Source: Polyangiaceae bacterium
Lineage (GTDB): Bacteria > Myxococcota_A > Polyangia > Polyangiales > Polyangiaceae
DNA length: 64,000 bases
Assembly (NCBI GenBank): GCA_050287085.1
Contig: JBNKBE010000007.1
Location: 195,403-259,402 of the forward strand
Direction: 5' to 3'
A program made the translations under genes and the position numbers. The notes under the pieces were generated by a model that was not told the origin of the DNA, made no database searches, and saw nothing but the letters and a program-made list of their open reading frames with translations. Positions 10,125 through 19,617 of this stretch are shown piece by piece (positions within the stretch are counted from its first letter, which is position 1; each line of letters begins with the position of its first letter).

Positions 10125-10574
10125 ATGACTAGCAAGATGGGATTCTTAGCGCAGCAGAGGTGGATCGGGGTGTTGCTCTTTGGAGGTGCTCTGATGTGGG
10201 GCTGTAGTGACGACCCTCGGGCCGCTCTTGCGCTCGATGACGACGCGGACGCTGGTGCGTTGGGCCAGCTGTGTGTCGACAAGGATCGTGATGGTTACGG
10301 TCGTGGTTGTGAGCTCGGTCCGGATTGCGACGACAACGACGTGGACTCAACGACCGAGTGCCGCGTTGCCACGTGCGAGAAGACTCCCACTGCCGAGGGC
10401 TGCCCTTGCGAGGGCGAGGCGGTCGCCGACTGTGAACACGTGACCAAGAAGTTCGGCGACAAAGTTATCTGTGGCTATGGGGCACGCGTGTGCAACGAGG
10501 GGAAGTGGTCTGAGTGTCGGATTGTGGGGGTACGGGTACGCAGTAGCTTGGAGGACGAGCCCGTCACCCAATGA
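10125..10574 (+). CDS. Small Cys-rich lipoprotein with putative metal-binding motif (DxDxDGYG…DCDD); paralog of the N-terminus of the next gene
   Basis: Lipobox MWGC; CVDKDRDGYGRGCELGPDCDD. Confidence 0.85.
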   Translation: MTSKMGFLAQQRWIGVLLFGGALMWGCSDDPRAALALDDDADAGALGQLCVDKDRDGYGRGCELGPDCDDNDVDSTTECRVATCEKTPTAEGCPCEGEAVADCEHVTKKFGDKVICGYGARVCNEGKWSECRIVGVRVRSSLEDEPVTQ

Positions 10575-10642
10575 TGTGTGAGGTCGGAGCGACAGCTGCC
10601 GGCGGTCCCGAGAACGCCTTGGCAAACAAGAAGATAAACCCC

Positions 10643-13600
10643 ATGAAGACCTGGTTAAAATCGCTGGGTGTAGCCCTCTTGTCGTGCACTATGAGCGCGC
10701 TGTCGAACGGCTGTACTGAGGCTGGGCGCCCTGGCCTCGCAACGACCGATGCCGGCGTGGGTCTAGCCAGACCGCTGTGCGCGGACCAGGACGGTGACGG
10801 TTATGGTCGTGGTTGCGAGCTGGGTCCTGACTGCGACGACGCCGACACTCGCGTCACCATCGAATGTCGTGCGGCGACCTGCGAGGCGAACCCGCTGAGT
10901 GAGGGCTGTCCTTGCGAGGGGAACGCGGTTTCGGACTGCGGCAAGGTGACACAGTACTACGGAGACCACGTGATCTGCGGCTATGGGGCGCAGCTCTGCA
11001 ATGACGGAATGTGGACTGAGTGCCGGTTGGTTGGAGTTCGACCTACGCGCAATCTGAGTGCGCTAGGGGCGCCCGCCGAGTGCTTAGCCAATCCGTGTGA
11101 TCCCGATTGCAAGGAATTCACTACTGAGCCGGGGTATGTGCTGAGCGCAAACCCGGATGCCTGCAACATCGAGCCATCGTGTCAGGATGGTCAACAGAAC
11201 CAAGATGAAACGGGGATCGACTGCGGGGGTAGCTGCCAGCGAGACTGCGCTGTTGAAGCGACCGTGCTCAGCTCTACCTTCACCAGCGCAGGGTCATTCG
11301 TATTCCAGTCGAATCTCTTCCGTACGCCGGGCACACCCAACGTGGCGAGCGGGACGATTGCGGGCGGCGTGGCGACTGTCAATTTGGGGTCGGATACGGC
11401 GGCATTGGACGTATCCGGTGGGTTTAGTAGCGACTTCAGCGCCGACGCTCCCGCCACCGTTCATGTTGAGTACACCGTTCATGTCGATTCGGCGTTCGCG
11501 CCTACCGAATGTGTTCAAGTCTTGCTCAGCGTCGACGGCGTGTTGTACGGGGACGGTGGTAGTGACGCGGTCTTCGAGATGTGTGGCGGGGGTGATCACG
11601 CTGGGGTCTTTGATGTAACGACCAATCTGTTAACCCCTGGGACGCATACCCTGGCGCTCGGGGGCTACATCGCCCAGAACGCGGGGCATTCAGCGGCGCC
11701 GTTGACGCTCACCTTTGATAACCTAAGGGTCACCACCTTTGGCGTGGGCCAGTGTGGTAACGGGACATGTTTGGGCGCCGAGACGTGCGCCAACTGTGCG
11801 ACTGACTGCGGTGACTGTCCGCCCACCAACTACTGCGGGGATGGCGCTTGCGGCGGCGGCGAGACCTGCTCCAACTGCGCGACTGACTGCGGCGGCTGCC
11901 CGTCGGCCTGCGGCAACGGACTTTGCACTGGCGTCGAGGCCTGCGACACGTGCGCGACGGACTGTGGGGCGTGCACGACGCTGCTTGGGAACGGGGTCTG
12001 CGATCCCGGTGAGACATGCAGCAACGCCGCCCTCGATTGCGGCGCCTGCTATTGCGGAGATGCCGTTTGCGGTACAGGTGAGAGCTGCTCCAACTGCGCG
12101 AAGGATTGCGGCGCGTGTGCGCTCTGCGGTGATGGCGTGTGCGAGGGAGCGGAGAGCTGCACTACATGCGAATCAGACTGCGGTGGGTGCGCGCCGGCAC
12201 TTTCCCCCGGGGGTGAAGTCTACCTCGAGGCAGAGTGTCCCTTCTGGTCACAGAACGCTTATGCCCCAAGCGCAGCGGTCACCGACGGCAGCGTGGTTGC
12301 GTTGGTAAGCGTGGACAACAGCACGAGCGAGCCGACCGACGGGGATATGGGTCGGGACTGGGCCCGATATCGCTTCGAACTGACCGCTGGGGTGTACAAT
12401 GTGTACTTTCGCGTGTTGATTCCGACCAGCCCCGGAATGGCCTACGAGAATGACTCGTGGTTCTGGCGCATCAGCGGCGCAACGGCGGGGTGGGTTACGG
12501 AAAACAACTGGACTGGCACCGCCTACCACTGGATTTCAGCGGGTGGAGGGGCGACATACCCGCTCGCGGCAGGCGTTTATGAGCTGGACCTAGTCAATCG
12601 GGAAAACGACGTACGTATCGACCGCATCGCGATTGTGCGCAGTGCGGAGCCGGCGCCCTCGGCCGAGGGTGCCGCTGCCGACAACTGTACCGGGCTATTC
12701 ACCTGCGGCAATGGGACCTGCGATGCCGGCGAGAGCTGCGAGACGTGCGCCGCGGATTGCGGCACCTGCTACTGCGGCGACGGGTCTTGTGGCGGGGGTG
12801 AGACGTGTGCAGATTGCAGCTCGGACTGTGGGGACTGCACGGTTCCACTCTGCGGCAACGGGAGCTGCACAGGTGATGAGACCTGCTATACGTGTGCCGC
12901 AGACTGCGGCGCTTGCCCAAGGTGCGGGGACGACACCTGTGACGCTGGCGAAGACTGCAGCAGTTGCGCCGCAGACTGCGGCGCTTGCGCGGTCATCGAA
13001 CGCTGTGGCAACGGAACGTGCAACGCCTCGACGGAAGACTGCAGCAGTTGCGCCGCAGACTGCGGCGCATGCCCCTTCGTTCAGACCTGCGGCAACGGTA
13101 CGTGCGAGACATCGGAAGACTGCGCGCTGTGTGCGACCGATTGCGGTCCGTGTACGGCAGGCTTGTGCGGAGACGATATCTGCAATGTGACGGAGAACTG
13201 TGGGTCATGCCCCGGGGATTGCGGCGAGTGTTATCCGATGTGCGCGGCGATTGCGGCGGGCTGCGGAGACGCGACCTGCGACGCGTCGGGAGGCGAGACC
13301 TGTTCCAATTGCGCGACCGATTGTGGCGAGTGCATCGCGAGCGGGGCGTGCGGCGACAGCACCTGTGACGCGACGGAGGGGGAGGATTGTTCGACTTGCA
13401 CGGCCGATTGCGGCGCCTGCACGCCGGTCCGAGAGTGCGGCGACGGCTTGTGCGAGCCGAGCATTGGTGAGAGTTGTTCGTCGTGCGACACGGACTGCGG
13501 GGTTTGCACCACCACGCCAAACACCGTATGCGGCGACAGCGCGTGTTCCATCTACGAAACGTGCAGTAGCTGCGCCGCAGATTGCGGAGCATGTCCAGCT

Positions 13601-15061
13601 TCCGGCACAGGGGAGCCGTTCAACGGCGGGATCATCGCGACCGGCAACATGAACCTGTCGGGCGATCGCATCATCGTCAACGGCGATATTACTGGGCAAA
13701 CCCTATCGATCGGCAACGACTCTGTCATCAACGGTAGTGTCAACGTGAAGGGCAACGCGAGCTTCGGTTGGCGCGACAGCGTCAGCGGCTCGCTGCGCGT
13801 TGAGGGTACTCTGTACAGCCAAGGGCCGATCTCCAACGCGACGGTTGAGTATCCGGCTTCGGTCACCTTGGAGACACCTCCCGTCATTGCAGCGTATCCG
13901 GGTACGACGAGCGTATATCTGGGACCGGACCAGATCGGCAGCATTCCACCTGGAGCCTACGCCAACCTCAGTGTTGAGTCGCGCACCAACATGACGTTCA
14001 GCACGGGCGTCTACCACTTCAATTCGGTCTGGATTTCGCCAGATGCGGACCTCGTCTTCGACGTTTCAGCAGGCCCCATCGAGTGGCGCGTGAAGAATAA
14101 CATCACGCTATCGAGCCGCATTGACTACATATTCTCGGGAGGCGCCAACACGCAGTTTGGGCTGTTTTCCGAGGGCGATATCACCTTGGAGCCGGACGGA
14201 AACTTCCCGTCGGCGCTCTACGCGCCGAACGGCACGGTTTCTGTTCAAAGCCGGGTAGTCGTCAGTGGTGGTATCGCGGCCAAGGACATCTATCTGGCTC
14301 CCGATATCACGATTGGCGTGGGTTCTTTCAATCTGGGATGGGGTGCCACGAGCGCAGCTGCGCCCCCACCCGACCCCGTGTGTGGGGATGGCGAGTGCAC
14401 ACCTGAAACGGGTGAGTCCTGCAGTGGGTGTTCGGCGGACTGCGCCGCTTGTGAAACGCTGCCGAGCTGCGGTGATGGCAGCTGCCAGGCGGGTTCGGCG
14501 GAAAGTTGTAGTACGTGCGCTGCCGACTGCGGGGCGTGCCCGGCTTTTGTCGGATGCGGAGACTCCACTTGCGACAGTGGAGAGACCTGTACGAGCTGCG
14601 CTGCCGACTGTGGGCCGTGTCCGCCGGCGGGGGCCACTGAGCCTCTCTACGAGACGGTGAGTTTTCAGCAGGACTACGACATCCGCGACCAATGTCGTTT
14701 CGATCAGGCACCGCTCTGGGCGAACCTGTCTTGGGACACGGTGACCCCTAGCGATACCCGCGTAGAAATCTACTTCAGCTCGGCCGATTCTGAAGCCAAC
14801 TTGGCCACGGCGCCTGAGACATTGGTTGCAGTGGCCGCGAGCAGCGCGGTCAATGGAGGATGGCTCTTTGGTCCGCCAGCGGAGGAAACCACTACCACGG
14901 TGGGCAGTCAGTATCTCGACGCAGTCCACTTGGTGGAAGAGTTGTATCGGCACAACCCGTTTGGCCGCGTCCGAATGCAGCTGGTGCCGAGCAGCGACGG
15001 TCTTCAGTACCCGCAGGTGGCTGCGATGAACGTTCAGGCAAGCTGCGAAATCGTTCAATAG
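10643..15061 (+). CDS. Large Cys-rich surface lipoprotein: metal-binding motif, beta-sandwich, 20 CGxGxC…ExCxxCxxDCGxC repeats in 3 blocks, CBM6/35-like domain, beta-helix (ice-binding/adhesin-like) domain
   Basis: ORF translation; repeats counted by eye (6+11+3); YLEAE…RIDRIAI CBM-like motif; ALYAPNGTV..GGIAAKDI beta-helix motif; signal ending SNGC. Confidence 0.85.
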   Translation: MKTWLKSLGVALLSCTMSALSNGCTEAGRPGLATTDAGVGLARPLCADQDGDGYGRGCELGPDCDDADTRVTIECRAATCEANPLSEGCPCEGNAVSDCGKVTQYYGDHVICGYGAQLCNDGMWTECRLVGVRPTRNLSALGAPAECLANPCDPDCKEFTTEPGYVLSANPDACNIEPSCQDGQQNQDETGIDCGGSCQRDCAVEATVLSSTFTSAGSFVFQSNLFRTPGTPNVASGTIAGGVATVNLGSDTAALDVSGGFSSDFSADAPATVHVEYTVHVDSAFAPTECVQVLLSVDGVLYGDGGSDAVFEMCGGGDHAGVFDVTTNLLTPGTHTLALGGYIAQNAGHSAAPLTLTFDNLRVTTFGVGQCGNGTCLGAETCANCATDCGDCPPTNYCGDGACGGGETCSNCATDCGGCPSACGNGLCTGVEACDTCATDCGACTTLLGNGVCDPGETCSNAALDCGACYCGDAVCGTGESCSNCAKDCGACALCGDGVCEGAESCTTCESDCGGCAPALSPGGEVYLEAECPFWSQNAYAPSAAVTDGSVVALVSVDNSTSEPTDGDMGRDWARYRFELTAGVYNVYFRVLIPTSPGMAYENDSWFWRISGATAGWVTENNWTGTAYHWISAGGGATYPLAAGVYELDLVNRENDVRIDRIAIVRSAEPAPSAEGAAADNCTGLFTCGNGTCDAGESCETCAADCGTCYCGDGSCGGGETCADCSSDCGDCTVPLCGNGSCTGDETCYTCAADCGACPRCGDDTCDAGEDCSSCAADCGACAVIERCGNGTCNASTEDCSSCAADCGACPFVQTCGNGTCETSEDCALCATDCGPCTAGLCGDDICNVTENCGSCPGDCGECYPMCAAIAAGCGDATCDASGGETCSNCATDCGECIASGACGDSTCDATEGEDCSTCTADCGACTPVRECGDGLCEPSIGESCSSCDTDCGVCTTTPNTVCGDSACSIYETCSSCAADCGACPASGTGEPFNGGIIATGNMNLSGDRIIVNGDITGQTLSIGNDSVINGSVNVKGNASFGWRDSVSGSLRVEGTLYSQGPISNATVEYPASVTLETPPVIAAYPGTTSVYLGPDQIGSIPPGAYANLSVESRTNMTFSTGVYHFNSVWISPDADLVFDVSAGPIEWRVKNNITLSSRIDYIFSGGANTQFGLFSEGDITLEPDGNFPSALYAPNGTVSVQSRVVVSGGIAAKDIYLAPDITIGVGSFNLGWGATSAAAPPPDPVCGDGECTPETGESCSGCSADCAACETLPSCGDGSCQAGSAESCSTCAADCGACPAFVGCGDSTCDSGETCTSCAADCGPCPPAGATEPLYETVSFQQDYDIRDQCRFDQAPLWANLSWDTVTPSDTRVEIYFSSADSEANLATAPETLVAVAASSAVNGGWLFGPPAEETTTTVGSQYLDAVHLVEELYRHNPFGRVRMQLVPSSDGLQYPQVAAMNVQASCEIVQ
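11753..14620 (+). repeat. Intragenic six-Cys repeat arrays (about 11753-12190, 12704-13594, 14381-14620)
   Basis: Repeating 22-25 aa unit; a 35-bp identical DNA stretch at 12950-12984 and 13034-13068. Confidence 0.9.
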
Positions 15062-15171
15062 CAACCGCCGCTTGGGGCCCTCGAATGGGAAAGTCAGTCG
15101 CAAGCCACTCGAGACCGCCCGCCCCAGCGGAAGATCGGGCGGCGTCGGATGACCTTCCCGTTCGCGGACTC

Positions 15172-16314
15172 TTAGGTGTGCTCGTCAAAAAAGCCGAATA
15201 CGACCTCTGCAGCAAAACACGGAATACCGTGGTTGCTGGTGCCGTATTGGGGATCGTCATGATTGCAGAATACCGTGCGGGAGGTGCAGTCGTCGTATTC
15301 GACACAACCCGGGTGGATGCTCGCCGCACAGTTGCCACCGGGATCAAACGCCGTTGACGCCTCTGTGCACTCGTTGCTGTCGTGGTAGACACCGAAGTCG
15401 ATGTGACCATCGCCGTCGTTCAGGCCGTAGCGCATCAGACCCTGTCCGCCGCGCTCGACGTCGTCGAGCCCATGGATGACCACGGCATCCACCGGATCCC
15501 AACCGTTGCAGTATTTGGATGAAGCGACGGGAGCTACGGCTCGAAAGCGAGTTTCACCATTGCACAAGAGCTGGGTTATCATCTGGGCCCCCGAGCTGTG
15601 GCCAATGGCGAAGACACGATTGACGTCGACGCAGTAGTTCTCGAGCAGTGCGTCGTACGCCGCATCCAGGATGGGGGTGTCGGCCCGCGGACTCCAGGCG
15701 CTGCCGGAAGACTTCAAGTACACGCCTAGGTAGCCGCGCGCTTTGGCCTCGCTGGCAAAGGGCCCCTGCAGCGATGAGCTGTTGCCGCCAGCTCCATGGA
15801 ACGCGAAGAAGACCGGCGCAGGAGTGGAGCCGTCGTAGCCGTCGGGCTTGTCGAGGACGGCGCTTGGGATCATGGCGTTTGCATTGCCCCCCATGCATCC
15901 CGCGCTGGGCATGGACATCGGGTTGGCTTCCGGGGGCTCAGGCACCACAGGGTCGGTTGTTTCCGGAGCGGTGGGTGCCGGAGGCGTCGTGGGCTCGGGC
16001 TCACCCGTTGCGCTAGGAGTGGTCGGGGGCGTCGAAGCACTGGGCATGGGCGCCGATGGATCAGGGAGCTGAGATGAGGGTTCGGGTGGAGGTGATGCCG
16101 GCGGATTGTTCATCGTCGGCGACGTGTCGTCGCCAGCGCTCGCCGCGCCGCCGGCCGTTGCCATGGGCATGGTGTTTATCGTGGACTCTGAACCAGGTCT
16201 GCCTCCGTCGCCCGACTGTGAATCGCTGCAAGCGGTCAGAGCGAGAGCTGCGGTGCAGGTGGTGGCGAGGACCGAAGGGATGAGTGATCGGCGGTTCGGC
16301 TGGGCGCGGAGCAT
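15172..16314 (-). CDS. Esterase lipoprotein (PHB depolymerase/feruloyl esterase, CE1/LpqC-like)
   Basis: PVFFAFHG, YCVDVNRVFAIGHSSGAQM, FRAVAPVA, IHGLDD, NHG; lipobox LTAC and Pro/Thr linker. Confidence 0.88.
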   Translation of the reverse strand: MLRAQPNRRSLIPSVLATTCTAALALTACSDSQSGDGGRPGSESTINTMPMATAGGAASAGDDTSPTMNNPPASPPPEPSSQLPDPSAPMPSASTPPTTPSATGEPEPTTPPAPTAPETTDPVVPEPPEANPMSMPSAGCMGGNANAMIPSAVLDKPDGYDGSTPAPVFFAFHGAGGNSSSLQGPFASEAKARGYLGVYLKSSGSAWSPRADTPILDAAYDALLENYCVDVNRVFAIGHSSGAQMITQLLCNGETRFRAVAPVASSKYCNGWDPVDAVVIHGLDDVERGGQGLMRYGLNDGDGHIDFGVYHDSNECTEASTAFDPGGNCAASIHPGCVEYDDCTSRTVFCNHDDPQYGTSNHGIPCFAAEVVFGFFDEHT

Positions 16315-16654
16315 GCTTGTCACTATCGGGTTCTGAGCCGCGTGCCTGACAAATCGTCCTCGCTCACGCGACGTTTCTCGGGCCGGCTCGACTGCGTTCG
16401 AATTATTGCCGCAGGGCGGCACAAGGTTGCCGCAAGGGGAACCTGCGGTCTGCAAAGTTCTAGCCCTGGCATCCACAGGTTCGTGCGAGGCCCGCGCGCT
16501 GGGTCCCCCATGGCGGGGCGTTCGAGGCAGCGACCGGTGCCGTGGCGAGGGCCGAGGGTCCGGTGCGATAGGAGCAGCATAGGCTCCCGGGCGCGGCGCG
16601 CTGGGGAAGCGGCCATGCGTGCTTCCGAGAAGAAGCCGCCCAAGGGCTCGCGGC

Positions 16655-19390
16655 CTAGGGCTGGGGAGGCGGGTCCGCCAAGCGCTTGCGCACGTTGCGA
16701 TCGCGCGGACGGAGTGCGGACGCCTCCAGCCACGCTCGGCGGGCGGGTTCGGGCTTGCCCAGCTTGGAGAGCGCGTCTCCTAGCGCTAGGTGTGCCTCGA
16801 AGCACGTGTTGTCGAGCTGAACGGCTTTCTCCGCGTCGACCAGCGCTTCGGAAGCGTTGCCGCGGTAGAGAGCAATGTTGGCCAAACCCGCGAGGGCCAG
16901 CGCATTCTGCGAGTCCAAGGCTGCGGCGCGTCTGAAGAGGCGTTCGGCCTGCGTGGGATCCATGGCCTTGAAAGCCTTGAACGCAGCGTGGCTGTAGCGC
17001 CTAGCCACCGTTTCGATCAGCCCTCGGTCGTCCGGAGACACGTGCATCGAGTCCAGCAGCAGCGTCCTTGCCTCGTCGCTCCTTCGCTGGCGGTTTCGGA
17101 CATCGGCCAACATCTGTTGGGCGGTGGCATCTTTCGGTTGCCGGAGCAAAGCCCATTGCGCCCACGCGTCGGCGAGTTCGATATGGTCTTTCGAGAAGTG
17201 CTGTCGGATCAGACCGACCACCGCGGGGCCGTCAGGATCGAGCGCCACCGAACTGCAATAAAGCGCTTCCGCTTCGGAGGTGTCACCCCTTTGAATAGCG
17301 CGGCGTGCTTGATGCCAGATCGATTTGGCCTGGGCCGGGTTGGCTTTGGCAGGTACGGCTCCGGGCAATCGGTCGCCACAACCGGGGGGAAAGTGACGAG
17401 CGTCAACCACCACGGCAGAAGGCGCGCCCGCAGGCGTTGCAGCTCGCGGGGCCGCCGAGGTCTCGGTGGTATGCGCTTGGGCCTCTACGTCACGAGGCGT
17501 GGCGGTGGGGTCAGCGGGTGGAGCGGTTGGCTTCCCTGCCGTCGGTTCAGGAAGCGCGGCGGCGTGTGCTTCGACTTGTGGATCTGACGGAGAACCTAGA
17601 CGTGCAGCCGGAGGTGGCGCTTCGGAACTGCCGCCGCCGCTCAGGACGACCACCAATGCCCCCACCGTCACCACACCGGCTGCGGCGAGGATGGCGAGAC
17701 GCCAGCGGGGCGCCAGTGTGTTCCAGAATCCTGTGGGGCCCCGCGTTGGTCCCTCTTGGGCTGAGAGCGCGCTTGAGCTCGCTCTGGTCGGTGCGTCGGC
17801 TTTGTCATGCTGATAGGAGGGGCGCTCGCCGATGCCGAGCGCGGTGGGCATCGGTGGCCGTGTAGAGGTGAACCCGGTATCGTCTTCGGCGCGCCACCCC
17901 GGCCCGCTTGTGTCGTCCGTATGCCAGCCAGCCTGCGCGGCCGAGGGCCGAGGAGCCAGGGAGCTTCCGAGTGCTATCGACTCAGGGCTGAAGGGTATGA
18001 GTCCTGCCGGAAGTCCTGTGGATTCCTCGTTGCTCGACGCATCGAGCGCATAGGGCGGGGGGGCCGGTGGCGTGAGGGCAGCCGGAGACGGCAGGTCCTG
18101 AGTGTACGGTTGCGCTAGGGTGGGAGGCTCCGCTTCGATGGGCTCGGCGTCGGACCGCTCTTGGGTCTCCGTGCTCGGCTGAGGCGCAGCAATGCCACGG
18201 TCCGTCTGCGGTCTACCCACTGTCTCCAGTCGAGCGGGGGGCGCCGGGGGATTGGGGTACGCTGGCAGATGTGAGGGCGCCGGCAGATGTGAGGGCGCTG
18301 GCAGACCCGGGGGCGCCGCCGCCACGACCGGAGGCGCCGGGGGGACCACGGCAACGACTCGTTGCGGCTTCACCTTGGATGCGGCGGTTGCGGGAGAAGA
18401 CCCAGGTGCGTCAGCATTCTCTCGAGCCGTCGGCTGAGCGGTGGCGGGCCCGGGCGCGATCCGTGAGAAGGGCTTGTCTGCTGGACCTCGCGGTGCTGCG
18501 TTCTGTGCAGGCGCATCCTTCAGCGCCGCTTTTTCGCGCTTGCGCAACTCATTGCGTTGCTGCAGCCGCTTGCGGAGCGCATCCGGATTGGGCGCGCCTG
18601 GACTTATGCCTGGCGTCGTAAGCTCCCGCTTGGATCGGCGAGAGGGCGTCGGCGCCTTGAGCTGAGTCTTTCCGGGCCGCAGGCGCTGTGAGGGGGGCCG
18701 CGAGCTGCTATGCGCCGCAGCTTCTGGCGCTTCGGCCTCAGGTGAGCTGCCTTCAGGCTGCGAGGCGCCTTCAGGCTGCGAGGCGCCCTGCGGAGGCGTC
18801 GCGAGCTGGGGGTGTTCGACATCCGTAGACGAGGCCTCTCGGGCGCGCTTCGCGGCGGCATTCGCGGGCGCCTGCCGTGCGTCTGACCCGCTGTTGGAGG
18901 GCTCCCGAGCGCTGTGTGCTCCCGCGAGCGAGGACTTTCTGCGGCGCATGACCCCCTTGTTGACCAGAGTCTCTCCTGCGCAAGCAACGATGCGCCGAGC
19001 CACGGTCGAGGGGCTGCCGACGGATGCGACCCACGCCAGATCTAGAGCATCGGCGTGAGGCGAGGCTGCATTGGGTGGCTCCTGCAATACGATGACAGAA
19101 GGTCGTTCCATCTTGCTGCGGGTAGGATCGTCACCGCGGAGTCTTGCCGCTACGCTCGACAAATACGCTGCGGCGGGCAAGATGACGACGTCGGTACGTC
19201 GTAAATCTGACCCCGTCAGCAGGGCGTCGACTCGAATGCACTCGATCGAGGCTCGTTCGAGCACACCTACCAAACCCACGGGAAAGGCCTGGCTGTCGAC
19301 GAGAAAGAGGCGAACCTTGCTTTCGCGTCGTCCGGGAGCTCCGGCAGTGGAATGCGAGTTGGCGGGGGCGCTATTTGCGGCGGTGGTCAG
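16655..19390 (-). CDS. Bitopic membrane protein: degenerate receiver-like N-terminus, long Pro-rich region, one TM, C-terminal TPR repeats (start GTG 19279 or CTG 19390)
   Basis: TPR-type AERLFRRAAALD…ALAGLA…AEKAVQLD…AHLALGDAL; TM LAILAAAGVVTVGALVVVL. Confidence 0.75.
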   Translation of the reverse strand: MTTAANSAPANSHSTAGAPGRRESKVRLFLVDSQAFPVGLVGVLERASIECIRVDALLTGSDLRRTDVVILPAAAYLSSVAARLRGDDPTRSKMERPSVIVLQEPPNAASPHADALDLAWVASVGSPSTVARRIVACAGETLVNKGVMRRRKSSLAGAHSAREPSNSGSDARQAPANAAAKRAREASSTDVEHPQLATPPQGASQPEGASQPEGSSPEAEAPEAAAHSSSRPPSQRLRPGKTQLKAPTPSRRSKRELTTPGISPGAPNPDALRKRLQQRNELRKREKAALKDAPAQNAAPRGPADKPFSRIAPGPATAQPTARENADAPGSSPATAASKVKPQRVVAVVPPAPPVVAAAPPGLPAPSHLPAPSHLPAYPNPPAPPARLETVGRPQTDRGIAAPQPSTETQERSDAEPIEAEPPTLAQPYTQDLPSPAALTPPAPPPYALDASSNEESTGLPAGLIPFSPESIALGSSLAPRPSAAQAGWHTDDTSGPGWRAEDDTGFTSTRPPMPTALGIGERPSYQHDKADAPTRASSSALSAQEGPTRGPTGFWNTLAPRWRLAILAAAGVVTVGALVVVLSGGGSSEAPPPAARLGSPSDPQVEAHAAALPEPTAGKPTAPPADPTATPRDVEAQAHTTETSAAPRAATPAGAPSAVVVDARHFPPGCGDRLPGAVPAKANPAQAKSIWHQARRAIQRGDTSEAEALYCSSVALDPDGPAVVGLIRQHFSKDHIELADAWAQWALLRQPKDATAQQMLADVRNRQRRSDEARTLLLDSMHVSPDDRGLIETVARRYSHAAFKAFKAMDPTQAERLFRRAAALDSQNALALAGLANIALYRGNASEALVDAEKAVQLDNTCFEAHLALGDALSKLGKPEPARRAWLEASALRPRDRNVRKRLADPPPQP

Positions 19391-19617
19391 GGCAACTCCG
19401 TAGCAGGCGAGAATCGAAGTCTAGTCTACCCGTCCAGATTCAGCGCGCTTGTGTGTTCCACGTCGAAATCGGGGTTGTGTAACGACTGCACGTACCTTGC
19501 CACTCACAGGCCCACGTCGCGAGAGGACGGATGTCTAGCTCTGGCACAATCTCGCAGAAATTGGCTCGTTGCTCCGGCTGAACTGTGTCTATCGGCCCGG
19601 CTGATGGTTCGTTGTCC

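Noticed and set aside
18260..18790. 18-bp tandem repeats in the TPR gene (LPAPSH x2, GASQPE x2)
   Set aside because: Ordinary in-frame slippage in a disordered region
19541..19557. sigma54-like CTGGCAC…GCA
   Set aside because: GG-GC spacing is 9 rather than 10, and it points away from the nearest gene start
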